Shown piece after piece: positions 19,976 to 30,052 of a DNA stretch of 64,000 nucleotides (position 1 is its first letter; the number at the start of each line of letters is the position of its first letter). Origin of the DNA: Minisyncoccota bacterium (lineage in GTDB: Bacteria > Patescibacteriota > Minisyncoccia > Phycocordibacterales > JAACPR01). The notes under the pieces were generated by a model, which worked only from the letters and a program-made list of their open reading frames with translations, was not told the DNA's origin and made no database searches. The translations under genes and the position numbers were made by a program. The stretch covers positions 326,273 through 390,272 of the forward strand of contig JBAYWG010000001.1 in the NCBI GenBank assembly GCA_041674225.1, written 5' to 3'.

Positions 19976-20486
19976 AAATCTCCAAAATCCTAAAAATAAA
20001 AATTCCAAACGCCACCGCCACATTCAGCGACTCTTTTTCTCCCAGCATCGGGATCTCCGCAGTCACATCGCACAAATCTAAAATCTCGGAATCAACACCT
20101 TTCACTTCATTCCCTACCAAAACAACTCTCTTGTCCGCAGGAAATTCTTTATTCAAATTTTTATAATCAACAGAATTTTTACTTTGCTCCAATGCAACAA
20201 TTTGAAATCCGTCACTTTTCATTTCTTTCAAAAAACTCTCGACACTTTTTCCGATCTCTTCCAAAACTTCCCATTTCACAGAATCCTCCGCACCTAATGC
20301 ACTCTTTGAAACATCACTTCTCTTTCTTCCAAAGCGATCAATCGGCGAAGGTGTGATCCCAGAAAAGAAAACTTTATCAATTCCAGATGCATCACAAGTA
20401 CGCAAAATCGCCCCAACATTCTGAGTGCTTCGAATGTTGTTCAAAACGACATAAAATTCTCCTGCTGTTTCCCTTGCTTGTTTCAT
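19974..20486 (-). CDS. SpoU/TrmH-family RNA 2'-O-methyltransferase
   Basis: GNEVKGVDSEILDLCD and IPMLGEKESLNVAVAFGI are SPOUT motifs II/III. Confidence 0.8.
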   Translation of the reverse strand: MKQARETAGEFYVVLNNIRSTQNVGAILRTCDASGIDKVFFSGITPSPIDRFGRKRSDVSKSALGAEDSVKWEVLEEIGKSVESFLKEMKSDGFQIVALEQSKNSVDYKNLNKEFPADKRVVLVGNEVKGVDSEILDLCDVTAEIPMLGEKESLNVAVAFGIFIFRILEI

Positions 20487-20514
20487 ATCAATAATAACTT
20501 TATACTACATTTAT

Positions 20515-20919
20515 ATGTTAAATACATTTCCAGAGCTTCTAAATTACGCCATCCTTAGTCCAACACTCTTGCGACTAGTTTTAGCCTTTACCCTAATCAC
20601 AATAGGCCTAGATACAATCCGAAACAAAAGAGCTTTGTTTATGGCTTATTTTTCTAGTCGAGACTATCCAATGGCCAGTTTCCTACCTTGGAAATTCGGA
20701 ATTGCAGAAATAATTCTAGGATTATTCTTTATCTTCGGCTTCTTTACACAAGTTGCAGCCCTAATCACAATATACATTCTTTTCGCCCTTTTCTACATAG
20801 AAAACCGAGCCGAAAAAATCCTGCCACACACATCAGCTTTTTATCTTGTGATGATCGTGATTGCAATTTCCTTGCTGTTTACGGGCGCAGGGGCTTTTGC
20901 AGTTGATTTACCTCTATAA
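20515..20919 (+). CDS. DoxX-family membrane protein
   Basis: 134 aa, 4 TM helices, DoxX-like pattern. Confidence 0.5.
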   Translation: MLNTFPELLNYAILSPTLLRLVLAFTLITIGLDTIRNKRALFMAYFSSRDYPMASFLPWKFGIAEIILGLFFIFGFFTQVAALITIYILFALFYIENRAEKILPHTSAFYLVMIVIAISLLFTGAGAFAVDLPL

Positions 20920-20939
20920 AAGTTGTATCCTTTCAAAAT

Positions 20940-21012
20940 CCGTCCATAGCTCAGCTGGTAGAGCACCCGCCTTTTAAGCGGAGGGTCGTAGGTTCGATTC
21001 CTACTGGACGGA
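20940..21012 (+). tRNA. tRNA-Lys (anticodon UUU)
   Basis: CCGTCCATAGCTCAGCTGGTAGAGCACCCGCCTTTTAAGCGGAGGGTCGTAGGTTCGATTCCTACTGGACGGA: anticodon loop CTTTTAA. Followed by a hairpin terminator at about 21027..21056. Confidence 0.85.
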
Positions 21013-21105
21013 CAAGTGAGTGAAATAAAAAAAGTGGCTTTGCCACTTTTTTTATTTCCGAACGCGAACGGACAGAACGATAGTTCGGACGGACAAGTAT
21101 TTGTT

Positions 21106-21447
21106 CTAAAGATATTTTGAAACCTCTATAATAGATTTCAATACTAAACCATCCTCAGTATCAAATGGATGACCTTCGCCCGAAGGAAGTCCACTCCCAA
21201 TAAAATAATGAAACGCTGCGAAGTGTTCAGGAGCATGCCCGACTCCATGCTCTTTTAACTTATCAGCAACAAACTCATTTCTCATGGCGACCCATTGGTC
21301 AAATTTTTCAGCATTACCATCCATTTTTTTCCAAGCTCTATCGTTCATCTCCTCTGCAATTTCTCTTATTTGTCTTTTTTCATCTTCAAAATCTGAAAAT
21401 AATTCGTTTGAGGACTGTTGTTGTGGCATTTCAATCATAAACTTCAT
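21106..21447 (-). CDS. Hypothetical protein
   Basis: ORF only. Confidence 0.35.
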   Translation of the reverse strand: MKFMIEMPQQQSSNELFSDFEDEKRQIREIAEEMNDRAWKKMDGNAEKFDQWVAMRNEFVADKLKEHGVGHAPEHFAAFHYFIGSGLPSGEGHPFDTEDGLVLKSIIEVSKYL

Positions 21448-21456
21448 TTTAACATT

Positions 21457-22167
21457 TTAAATACTCAAAACCCATCGCTCCAAAGCTACCTCAAAACTGC
21501 ACAATCCCCTTCTAGAATCGTGCGACACAGCAATCAATTCTGTAGTTAGTCTTTCTAATTCTTCTTCTGAATATTTTTTTGAGCCTGCTTTTGCTTTGCT
21601 AAAAGGAAAAGGTTTCATATCAACTTCCGCCGCTGTTTTATATTTTTGCGCCAAAAGCATACTTTTCATTTGCCAAAAAAGTGTTCCATGCAACTCTTGA
21701 GGATCTGAAGAATTTAAAGCATCTTGAAAATTAACCCATAACTTTTGTTTGTTTCTCTCGCAAAGCGCATCTGCCAAAATAAAAGAATTAAATTTTGGTT
21801 TCTCGATTTTTTTTGTTTCTGAAAATTGTTGAACTTTTGCCGCGTGTTTTTCAATTTCTTTTAAAGATTTTTCATCCACATCTCTATCTACCCAAATAAA
21901 AATATTTTCTGATTGAGCTATTTCCGGCAAAAAAGAAATAACGGATTCCGCAGTCTCAACTTTTTCAAACAAATGTCGAAGCTCAATAATATATCTTTGA
22001 GAAAAAAGACCTTGTCCGTGAAGCAGTCCTTCCATTTCTCCCACTTCCCAATTTTGCGAATCAATTTTAAACCTTGCCGCGTCTGGCTGTTTTGCAATCA
22101 AAGAATCCACCATGCTTCTGGCTTTCTCCGCTGCTTTTGGCACATCACCATATAGGAAATATAACAT
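21457..22167 (-). CDS. DNA polymerase III delta subunit-like (HolA-like), short form
   Basis: N-terminal MLYFLYGD... resembles the HolA start; positioned next to polA. Weak. Confidence 0.4.
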   Translation of the reverse strand: MLYFLYGDVPKAAEKARSMVDSLIAKQPDAARFKIDSQNWEVGEMEGLLHGQGLFSQRYIIELRHLFEKVETAESVISFLPEIAQSENIFIWVDRDVDEKSLKEIEKHAAKVQQFSETKKIEKPKFNSFILADALCERNKQKLWVNFQDALNSSDPQELHGTLFWQMKSMLLAQKYKTAAEVDMKPFPFSKAKAGSKKYSEEELERLTTELIAVSHDSRRGLCSFEVALERWVLSI

Positions 22168-22184
22168 TGCTTTTATTTTACCAC

Positions 22185-24548
22185 TTACAAACTCTTCATT
22201 TCTCCCCAGCTTTTACCCACCGCACACTCCACAATTATTGGCACACCCACCTTTTGCTCTTCGGTCAAAACGTTTTCCATGATCTTTTTTATCTGCGGCG
22301 CTAGTTTTTCAATTTCATCTTCATCAATTTCAAAAATAAGTTCATCGTGAATTTGCAAAAGCATATCAATCTTGCCGTTTAATTTATTTTCTTCAATCCA
22401 CTTCGCAACGTGCACCATTGCGAGCTTTGTAATATCGGCAGAAGTTCCCTGAATCGGCGCGTTGATTGCCATTCTTTCTGCTTGTGCACGAATAAAAGGA
22501 AGAGATGATTTAATTCCATCAAGATGTCGTCGACGACCAAAAAGAGTTTCTACATAACCATTTATCTTTGCGTTTGATTTTGTTTCTTCAAGATAATTCG
22601 CCAGCGTTGTGAAAGTTTCAAAATAATCATCATAAAATTTCTGCGCTTCTTTTCTTTCCGTCTTTAAATTTTTCTGCAAAGCCACAACCCCCATTCCATA
22701 AAGAATTCCAAAGTTAATTGTTTTCGCTTTCACACGCATCATCTTTGTAATTTCATTTTCGGGAACTCCAAAAACTAGCGAAGCAACGCTCGAGTGAATA
22801 TCTTTTCCAGAACGAAATGCTTCCACGAATTTTTCATCACCAGAAAAAATCGCAGCCAGACGAAGTTCTATTTGAGAATAATCGCAAGCTAAAAATCTTC
22901 TCCCTTTTGGTGCGACGAATGCGGTTCTGATTCGTCGACCGTTATCGGTCTTGATTGGAATATTTTGAATGTTTGGATCCTGAGATGACATTCGCCCTGT
23001 CGCCGCACCTGTTTGAATAAATTTAGGATGCAATCGCCCATCCTTTGCAATCATGTTTGGAATTTTGTCGATGTATGTAGAAACAAGTTTTGAAAGTTCT
23101 CGATAATCCATAATTAAATCAATGATCGGGCTTGTGCCTAAAAGCTTTTGCAAAACATCTTCTTTCGTTGAATACGCACCAGTCGAAGTCTTTCTCATTC
23201 CTGGATATTTCAATTCCATTTTCACAAACAAAACTTCCGCCATTTGTTTCGGAGAATTAATATTAAATTCTTCTCCCGCCATTTTATAAATTTCTTTTTC
23301 AAGAATATTTAATTTTTTGTGATATTCATTTGAAAGCTCTTTCAATACTTTTGGCAAAACAGCAATCCCCTTTTCTTCCATCTTCTTCAAAATCGGAATC
23401 AGAGGTTTTTCAATTTCATCAAATACAAATTTCATATTGTGTTTTTCAACTTCCTCTATAATTTTTTTGTGAGCACTTTCGAAAAGTTCTGTCCGAGCAA
23501 AATGCAAAACGTCTTGCATTGAAGGATTTGTTAAATTCGAATTCAAAAGCCACAAACCAATCTTTGCTTCTTGCAAAAGATCCTCGTCCACAACCTGTTC
23601 GACCTTTTCTTCTACGGTTTCGGTTTCTCCAGTTGAAAACAAAGTGTTAAATCTTTCAGCAAGAGAGCGAAATTCTAGTTCATTAAAAAGTGTTTTTATT
23701 TTTTGAGCAGGAATATTTTCTATCCAACTTTTTTCTGGCACTTCTATCTCCACAGGAGCATCTCGCCGAATTGTCGCCAACATTTTACTAAACTCCGCTT
23801 CTTCTTTGTGTTCTTTCAAAAGCTCCAATATTCTCGGTGTTATTTTGGCTTCTTTAAATTTCGGTGAATCTTTTTCAATCGCTGCATAAATTTTTTCAAT
23901 CGTTCCAAAAGTTTGCAGAAGTGTTGTGGCAGTTTTTTCACCAATACCTGGCACGCCAATAATATTGTCAGAAGGATCACCGCGCAGACCTTTAAAATCT
24001 ATTAATTGATTTGGTTTGAAATTGTATCTTTCAAAAACTCCGTCTTCGTCGTATAGAATCGTATCTTTAATCCCCTTTCTCAAAGTGAAAACCTTAACTT
24101 GTTTTTTGTACACGAGTTGCAAAGTATCCATATCTCCCGAAGCAATAATAATTTCGTTGTTGGAATCTTTTTGTAATTGTTCAACAGCCGTTCCAATAAT
24201 ATCGTCGGCTTCAAAACCCTCTGCTTCATAAATTGGAATTCCAAATGCTTTAAAAATATCTCGCGCTCTTTTTAATTGAATTGAAAGATTTTCGTCCAAC
24301 GCTTTTCTTCCGGATTTATAATCAGCATAAGCTTCGTGACGATAAGTTGGTTTAGGAAGATCGAAAGCAGCCACCATAAAATCCGGTTTGAATTCATTAA
24401 TGATTGCCATCAACATTGAAGACAGTCCATAGAGCGCACCAGTTGGTTCACCTTTTGATGAAGAAAAATCCGGTAGAGCATGATACGCGCGATGAATAAT
24501 TGCGTGTGAATCAAATAAAATTATTTTTCTTTTATCTTTTTTAGACAT
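22185..24548 (-). CDS. polA: DNA polymerase I (5'-3' exonuclease plus polymerase domains)
   Basis: N-terminal 5'-3' exo (ILFDSHAIIHRAYHAL); polymerase motifs RRIRTAFVAP, DYSQIELRLAA, HDELIFE. Confidence 0.9.
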   Translation of the reverse strand: MSKKDKRKIILFDSHAIIHRAYHALPDFSSSKGEPTGALYGLSSMLMAIINEFKPDFMVAAFDLPKPTYRHEAYADYKSGRKALDENLSIQLKRARDIFKAFGIPIYEAEGFEADDIIGTAVEQLQKDSNNEIIIASGDMDTLQLVYKKQVKVFTLRKGIKDTILYDEDGVFERYNFKPNQLIDFKGLRGDPSDNIIGVPGIGEKTATTLLQTFGTIEKIYAAIEKDSPKFKEAKITPRILELLKEHKEEAEFSKMLATIRRDAPVEIEVPEKSWIENIPAQKIKTLFNELEFRSLAERFNTLFSTGETETVEEKVEQVVDEDLLQEAKIGLWLLNSNLTNPSMQDVLHFARTELFESAHKKIIEEVEKHNMKFVFDEIEKPLIPILKKMEEKGIAVLPKVLKELSNEYHKKLNILEKEIYKMAGEEFNINSPKQMAEVLFVKMELKYPGMRKTSTGAYSTKEDVLQKLLGTSPIIDLIMDYRELSKLVSTYIDKIPNMIAKDGRLHPKFIQTGAATGRMSSQDPNIQNIPIKTDNGRRIRTAFVAPKGRRFLACDYSQIELRLAAIFSGDEKFVEAFRSGKDIHSSVASLVFGVPENEITKMMRVKAKTINFGILYGMGVVALQKNLKTERKEAQKFYDDYFETFTTLANYLEETKSNAKINGYVETLFGRRRHLDGIKSSLPFIRAQAERMAINAPIQGTSADITKLAMVHVAKWIEENKLNGKIDMLLQIHDELIFEIDEDEIEKLAPQIKKIMENVLTEEQKVGVPIIVECAVGKSWGEMKSL

Positions 24549-24984
24549 TTTTGATGATATTTATTTCCCGGGAATCTTCGTCTGCAACTTCAAATGTGAT
24601 TGTGATTCTTTTTTCTGGCAAAACTTCTTCAACTTTTTCCGGCCACTCTATAAAAATTAGATTTTCTGGATCATCACACAACTCAGAAAACTTTAAAACT
24701 TTTAATTCGTTTGGATCTTCGACTCGATAAGCGTCGATGTGAATTAGGTTTTTGAATTTTCCAAAGTCGATGGAATATTTTTTCATCAAAACAAAAGTTG
24801 GGCTGGTGATTTTTTCTTCAATATTTAAAATTTTTGAGACTTGTTGAGTGAAAGTTGTTTTGCCGGCGCCAAGGTTTCCCGAAAGTCCTATTAATAAAGC
24901 TTTTTCTGAGCTTGTAGAATCAGCCCCAAAATCGTTTAAAAAATTAGAAGCAAAGTCTGGAAGCTGTTCAAGCAGAATTTTCAT
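24541..24984 (-). CDS. tsaE: tRNA threonylcarbamoyladenosine biosynthesis protein TsaE
   Basis: GLSGNLGAGKTTF P-loop, SPTF, HIDAYR motifs; about 147 aa. Confidence 0.85.
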   Translation of the reverse strand: MKILLEQLPDFASNFLNDFGADSTSSEKALLIGLSGNLGAGKTTFTQQVSKILNIEEKITSPTFVLMKKYSIDFGKFKNLIHIDAYRVEDPNELKVLKFSELCDDPENLIFIEWPEKVEEVLPEKRITITFEVADEDSREINIIKNV

Positions 24985-25058
24985 AGATGTAGCATAGCAA
25001 AAATAGAGGCAAAAAAGAAAAATAGAGGCCTTATTGAATACAAGGCCTCTATAAATAA

Positions 25059-25313
25059 CTAAGTCTCCACGAAGATGGGAGGAGGAACGGAAGGTCTTTC
25101 AAGTGGCTCCACAAAAAAACGGATGTAACGAGAATATTCTAAATCAATTCTCATTTGGTCAAGAATGTCCTTTGTTTCTTTGTAGACGAAGGACCACATA
25201 AGCGTGGAAAAAAGAGCCCCCCAGCCAAAACCCAGCAGCCAAGTAATCCAGACAGGCTTTGTTTTAGGTTTTAATTTAGAAACCACCTCTCCCAGATTGT
25301 TTTCTTGTTTCAT
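25059..25313 (-). CDS. Small membrane protein, hypothetical
   Basis: 84 aa ORF with one TM. Confidence 0.35.
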   Translation of the reverse strand: MKQENNLGEVVSKLKPKTKPVWITWLLGFGWGALFSTLMWSFVYKETKDILDQMRIDLEYSRYIRFFVEPLERPSVPPPIFVET

Positions 25314-25452
25314 TTATTTTTCCTTCTATTTTAAAATTAAACTATTTCTTTATTTTTATACACTAAAAAAAGGCATGCGTCAATTCATCTAATTTTCCTT
25401 TTTCCCATAAAAATCCAATAAAAACAAAACTTCTTGTGCTAAAATTATCGCA

Positions 25453-27225
25453 ATGATGGCTCAATTTGCAGACGAAGAATTACGAGATACAAAAGTAGCC
25501 GAGCTCCGCAGGAGCGAGGAGGAAGATCTTGCAAAAATTCTTTCAAAAAAATACAACGTTCCATACGCCGACCTTTCTCGTATCACAATCGACACGGACG
25601 GTCTAAAAACTCTTCCCGAAGAAGAAGCCCGCGCTGCGAAAATTGCGGTTTTTGATTTAATCGGAAAAAGAGTTCGTGTAGCAGTTCTTGCACCAGGACG
25701 AGAAGACACAAAAGCTGTAATGAAATCTTTAGAGGACAAAGGCTTTATCGTGGAGCCTTTTATGGTTTCTACACAAAGCCTAGAAAGAGCGTGGGAAAGA
25801 TATAAAGAAATTTCTTACGCCAGCAACACAAAAGAAGGAATGCTTGAAATTTCTAGCAAAGACATCGAGGATTTCATCAATAAAGTTCAAAAAATCGAAG
25901 ACGTAAAAGCTTTGATTGAAGAAATTGTGCAAATGAAAAAAAGCTTCCGTATTTCTCGGATTGTTGAAATTATTATGGCCGGCGCAATCTCTCTGGGAGC
26001 TTCCGATGTTCACATCGAACCAGAAGACGACTTTATTCAAATCAGATTCCGTTTAGACGGCGTGCTTATCGAAGTAACAAAATTAGATCAGGAAACTTAC
26101 CATCTGCTTCTTTCTAGGATAAAGCTTCTTTCTGGAATGAAATTGAATATTAAAGAAACAGCACAAGACGGTCGTTTCAGTATTGCTATTGGCGAAAGAG
26201 AAATCGAAATTCGTTCTTCTACCCTTCCAGGAAACTACGGAGAAAGCGTCGTTATGCGTCTTCTTGACCCGGCTTCTATTCAGGTAAAAATCCAAGACCT
26301 TGGTGTGCCAGATAAATTGTTAAAAGTTTTTATGGAGGCTTTGGCAAAACCAAACGGAATGATTCTAAACACAGGTCCGACCGGTTCCGGAAAAACAACA
26401 ACTCTTTATGCCTTTCTTCGTTTAAAGAAAACTCCTGAAATAAAAATTATTACAATCGAAGATCCTATCGAATACCACTTGGACGGAATAGTGCAAACAC
26501 AAGTTGATAACGAAAAAGGTTATGACTTCGCAACCGGTTTGAAAAAAACTCTTCGACAAGATCCAGACGTAATCATGGTGGGAGAAATCCGAGATTTAGA
26601 AACAGCAGAAACAGCTGTACACGCAGCTCTTACAGGTCACTTAGTTTTCTCTACTCTTCACACAAACAACGCCGCAGGAACTTTCACTCGATTGATCGAC
26701 CTTGGAGTGAATCCAAAAATTCTAACTTCTGCTATTAGTATGGCAATCGCGCAGAGACTTGTACGAAGACTTTGTGATGGGTGTAAAGAAGAAAAAGTTC
26801 TTGAAGGAGAAAATTTGACTCTAATGAAACAAGTTTATGAAAGTATAAAAGAAAAAGAAGTCGCTTGGGCTGAAAAAACTTTCACAGCAAAAGTTGGAGG
26901 TTGTGAAAAATGTAATCAAACAGGATATAAAGGACGAATTGGAGTTTTTGAAGCTGTTCTTTCAGATCAAAAAGTTGAAGAAGCTCTTGAATCAAATCCA
27001 AGTGAAAGAGAAATCAAAGAAGCCGCTGAACATCAAGGAATTATGGATATGGCGCAAGATGGTGTTACAAAAATTTTGAAAGGATACACAGACTTAGAAG
27101 AACTAAGAAGAGTTGTTGACCTTTCAACACGAAGCGGACTTGGCGATGCATCAGATGGATGGGCTAATGAAGATAAATCTACCGAAAAGAAAGAAGATTT
27201 TGATATTACGAAAATTGCGGAATAA
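25453..27225 (+). CDS. pilB: Type IV pilus assembly ATPase PilB (GspE family)
   Basis: N-terminal GspE_N-like domain; GPTGSGKTTTLYA Walker A; tetracysteine CDGC...CEKC zinc motif. Confidence 0.85.
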   Translation: MMAQFADEELRDTKVAELRRSEEEDLAKILSKKYNVPYADLSRITIDTDGLKTLPEEEARAAKIAVFDLIGKRVRVAVLAPGREDTKAVMKSLEDKGFIVEPFMVSTQSLERAWERYKEISYASNTKEGMLEISSKDIEDFINKVQKIEDVKALIEEIVQMKKSFRISRIVEIIMAGAISLGASDVHIEPEDDFIQIRFRLDGVLIEVTKLDQETYHLLLSRIKLLSGMKLNIKETAQDGRFSIAIGEREIEIRSSTLPGNYGESVVMRLLDPASIQVKIQDLGVPDKLLKVFMEALAKPNGMILNTGPTGSGKTTTLYAFLRLKKTPEIKIITIEDPIEYHLDGIVQTQVDNEKGYDFATGLKKTLRQDPDVIMVGEIRDLETAETAVHAALTGHLVFSTLHTNNAAGTFTRLIDLGVNPKILTSAISMAIAQRLVRRLCDGCKEEKVLEGENLTLMKQVYESIKEKEVAWAEKTFTAKVGGCEKCNQTGYKGRIGVFEAVLSDQKVEEALESNPSEREIKEAAEHQGIMDMAQDGVTKILKGYTDLEELRRVVDLSTRSGLGDASDGWANEDKSTEKKEDFDITKIAE

Positions 27226-27296
27226 AAAAAATGCTTTGACTAGTTGTGGTAAAATTTAAAACGGTTATATTTTCTATAGAAATGCCGTTTGAAAAT

Positions 27297-27437
27297 GCAG
27301 ATCTCTAAGCGAGCCAATGAACCGTGCCAAAGGGAGACGAGGAATTAAGGATAACCCCAGCAAACACGCGTTAGCATGTAACCAGGAGTGTCCTTTATTG
27401 CTCGCCTATAGACAATGTCTATCGCTTAGAGATCTGC
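27297..27437. ncRNA. Palindromic, probably structured intergenic element: 16-bp perfect terminal stem enclosing about 109 nt with nested helices (candidate small RNA or MITE-like element)
   Basis: GCAGATCTCTAAGCGA at 27297..27312 pairs perfectly with TCGCTTAGAGATCTGC at 27422..27437. Inner complementarity GCGAGC/GCTCGC and CAATGAA/TTTATTG; internal hairpin ATAGAC-aat-GTCTAT. The overlapping 69-aa track ORF is low-complexity and probably spurious. Confidence 0.35.
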
Positions 27438-27494
27438 CGTTTCAAAAATCATCCGTGTGCAGTTGTTGCAAGTATAGTAACATATTTAAAAAAA

Positions 27495-28508
27495 ATGTCA
27501 ACAAACATCACAAACCCTTTAAATGAAGCCCCGGGAGAAGTCTCTTTTCTTGATAAAGAACTTCGCCCGAGTGTATGGGACGAATATGTTGGTCAACAGT
27601 CTATTAAAGACAATTTAAACGTACTTTTAGAGGCCGCTCGAGAAAGAGGACACCCACCTGAACACATTTTATTTTACGGTCCTCCGGGTCTTGGAAAAAC
27701 AACGTTGGCATACCTTATCGCAAAACACATCGGAGCGCAAATCAAAATCACATCGGGGCCTGCTATAGAAAAAGTTGGGGATCTTGCTTCGATTCTTACA
27801 AATCTTTCATCTGGAGATATTCTTTTTATTGATGAAATTCACAGATTGAACAAAGCAATTGAAGAGGTTTTGTATCCGGCAATGGAATCTGGTGTTTTGG
27901 ATATCATTATTGGGAAAGGCCCATCAGCGAGAACAATTCAATTAGATTTGCCACCTTTCACTTTGATCGCAGCAACAACAAAGATTGCGAGTTTGTCTTC
28001 CCCACTTCGCTCACGCTTCTCTGGAGGAACATATCGATTAGAATTTTATTCTGAAAAAGAAATTGAGACTATTTTAAAAAGATCTGCGAGAATTTTACAT
28101 ATCGAATTAGAAGGCACCGCAGCAAACGCAATTTCAAAAAGAAGCAGAAGCACTCCGCGAACAGCAAACTACCTTTTGAAAAGATGTCGCGACTTGGCGC
28201 AAATTAAAAAAGAAAACCTAGATGCAAAAAATGTTTGTGAAGCTTTGGATATGTTGGAGATCGACGAACTTGGTTTAACAAAAATGGACAGAGATGTTTT
28301 GCGAGTTTTAATTGAAAAATTTAAAGGAGGGCCCGTGGGATTGAACACTCTTGCGACAGCACTTCACGAAGAAGAATCTACAGTTGAAGAATTCCATGAA
28401 CCATATTTAATTCAACTTGGAATGATCGAAAGAACTCCGCGTGGAAGAATTGCGACAGAAAAAGCGTATGCGCATTTAGGAAAAGAAGCTCCACAGATTT
28501 TTAAATAA
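27495..28508 (+). CDS. ruvB: Holliday junction DNA helicase RuvB
   Basis: LRPSVWDEYVGQQ...HILFYGPPGLGKTTLA AAA+ motif; C-terminal winged helix. Confidence 0.9.
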   Translation: MSTNITNPLNEAPGEVSFLDKELRPSVWDEYVGQQSIKDNLNVLLEAARERGHPPEHILFYGPPGLGKTTLAYLIAKHIGAQIKITSGPAIEKVGDLASILTNLSSGDILFIDEIHRLNKAIEEVLYPAMESGVLDIIIGKGPSARTIQLDLPPFTLIAATTKIASLSSPLRSRFSGGTYRLEFYSEKEIETILKRSARILHIELEGTAANAISKRSRSTPRTANYLLKRCRDLAQIKKENLDAKNVCEALDMLEIDELGLTKMDRDVLRVLIEKFKGGPVGLNTLATALHEEESTVEEFHEPYLIQLGMIERTPRGRIATEKAYAHLGKEAPQIFK

Positions 28509-28510
28509 AA

Positions 28511-28532
28511 AGGTGTCGCGCAAGCGCGACAC
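28511..28532. terminator. GC-rich bidirectional terminator hairpin
   Basis: GGTGTCGCGC-aa-GCGCGACACC between ruvB (+) and a minus-strand gene. Confidence 0.6.
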
Positions 28533-28538
28533 CTGAAA

Positions 28539-28820
28539 TCATCCCCAAAACCTTTTGTTTCGATTAGAAAAAATCCAATAGAAAAGTACAAACCAATTCA
28601 CAATTGCCCATGGCCAGACTATTAAATTAACAAAGAAGCTAATTCTATAAAACTCCCATGTGGCAGTAGAAGCACTCAATAAACATTGAGCTTCATCCTC
28701 ATCAAGTTTTTGGAGCCAAAACCTACGAAGAATGGGTGTTTTTATAATTCTTCTTGCAGAATCAACTGAACAAACAGCCCCCACCAAAACAAATGCTAAA
28801 TAGAAAATTATCCAACTCAT
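28539..28820 (-). CDS. Small membrane protein, hypothetical
   Basis: 93 aa, 2-3 hydrophobic helices. Confidence 0.35.
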   Translation of the reverse strand: MSWIIFYLAFVLVGAVCSVDSARRIIKTPILRRFWLQKLDEDEAQCLLSASTATWEFYRISFFVNLIVWPWAIVNWFVLFYWIFSNRNKRFWG

Positions 28821-28910
28821 TTATTATTTTTAAGTTTACTTTCAAAACCCAAATTACTCTTTTATAAAAATTAGTCAACAAAAGAAAAACGCTTCCGAAG
28901 AAGCGCGGTA

Positions 28911-29306
28911 TCACAAAAAACCAAGTTGGCCGACTTCTTCCTCATCTCCCAAAAAAGAAGCCTTTGCTTTTGGTAATCCCTTAAACTTAATAACAAGATC
29001 TTCTGCACGGTCGTGATGCAAAAAATTAATTAAACCACCAACCGTTGCCGTGATACCTTTGTCAAAAAAGAATTCTACATCTGAAATATAAGTGTTCGAT
29101 TTTAATGTTCTGTATGTATTTACAAAAAGCAGATCTAATTTGGCGTAATAGTTGTGAGTAATAATCGCCTGATCTGGAAATAACGAATCTCTCCTATTTA
29201 CCCGAATCACGAATGTTTTCCCTAGCAACTCTTCTGGTGTAACAGGATGAACAAATCCAAAAAACTTTCCCAAACCGTCTGAAACTATTTTGTCTATATC
29301 ATTCAT
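28911..29306 (-). CDS. Hypothetical protein
   Basis: ORF only. Confidence 0.35.
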   Translation of the reverse strand: MNDIDKIVSDGLGKFFGFVHPVTPEELLGKTFVIRVNRRDSLFPDQAIITHNYYAKLDLLFVNTYRTLKSNTYISDVEFFFDKGITATVGGLINFLHHDRAEDLVIKFKGLPKAKASFLGDEEEVGQLGFL

Positions 29307-29421
29307 ATTTTAAGTATCTATTTAAAAAGAAAACTACACTTTATTTTCAATCAGGTCAATCAGTTTTTTATTTCCCTAAAATTTGATATGCTTCAAAAAT
29401 AACGGATATAATTTCAAATAT

Positions 29422-29952
29422 ATGTCAGGACATAATAAATGGTCAAAAATCAAAAGAAAGAAGGAAGGTGAAGATGCTAAAAAGAGCAAAGTCTTTTCTC
29501 GCTTGTCTCGACTTCTAACAAACGAATCTAAAAAAGTTGGAGGAAATCTGACTTCCCCTTCTCTTGTGGCCATTATGGATATTGCTCGAAAAGAAAATAT
29601 GCCAAAAGACAACATCGAGCGTGCTGTCAAAAAAGGAACTGAATCAGGTACGGCTGAAATGTTTCCTGTTTTATACGAAGCGTACGGACCAGGTGGAGTC
29701 GCAATAATTATTGATGCACTTACAGACAACAAAAATCGCACCGCAGCAGAAATCCGCCACACTCTCTCTAAATCAAATTTGGAACTAGCAACTCCAGGAG
29801 CAGCGTCTTGGGCTTTTTCAAAACAAAATGGAGAATGGATTGCCAACTCTACAATCGAAATCTCTGAAGAAGATGGAGAAAAACTTGGAAACCTTTTAGA
29901 CGCCCTAGAAGAAAGCGATGACGTACAAGGAGTTTACACAAACGAAGCATAA
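29422..29952 (+). CDS. yebC: YebC/PmpR-family probable transcriptional regulator
   Basis: MSGHNKWSKIKRKK N-terminus is diagnostic of YebC/TACO1; internal start chosen. The antisense ORF 29376..29846 is rejected. Confidence 0.85.
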   Translation: MSGHNKWSKIKRKKEGEDAKKSKVFSRLSRLLTNESKKVGGNLTSPSLVAIMDIARKENMPKDNIERAVKKGTESGTAEMFPVLYEAYGPGGVAIIIDALTDNKNRTAAEIRHTLSKSNLELATPGAASWAFSKQNGEWIANSTIEISEEDGEKLGNLLDALEESDDVQGVYTNEA

Positions 29953-30052
29953 AAACCGAAAACAACCACCTATTTATTTAATTAAAAAAATGTGGTATTT
30001 TGCGTTTGACTGTTTGAACCTTGAATTAAACTCCCACCCAAAAAAAATATAA

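Noticed and set aside
27317-27526. 69-aa ORF spanning the palindromic element
   Set aside because: Overlaps a perfect 16-bp inverted repeat structure, low-complexity Cys/Lys-rich composition, and runs into the ruvB start. An RNA or repeat element is more plausible than coding.
29376-29846. 156-aa minus-strand ORF
   Set aside because: Antisense to the well-supported yebC gene. Low-complexity, no motif.
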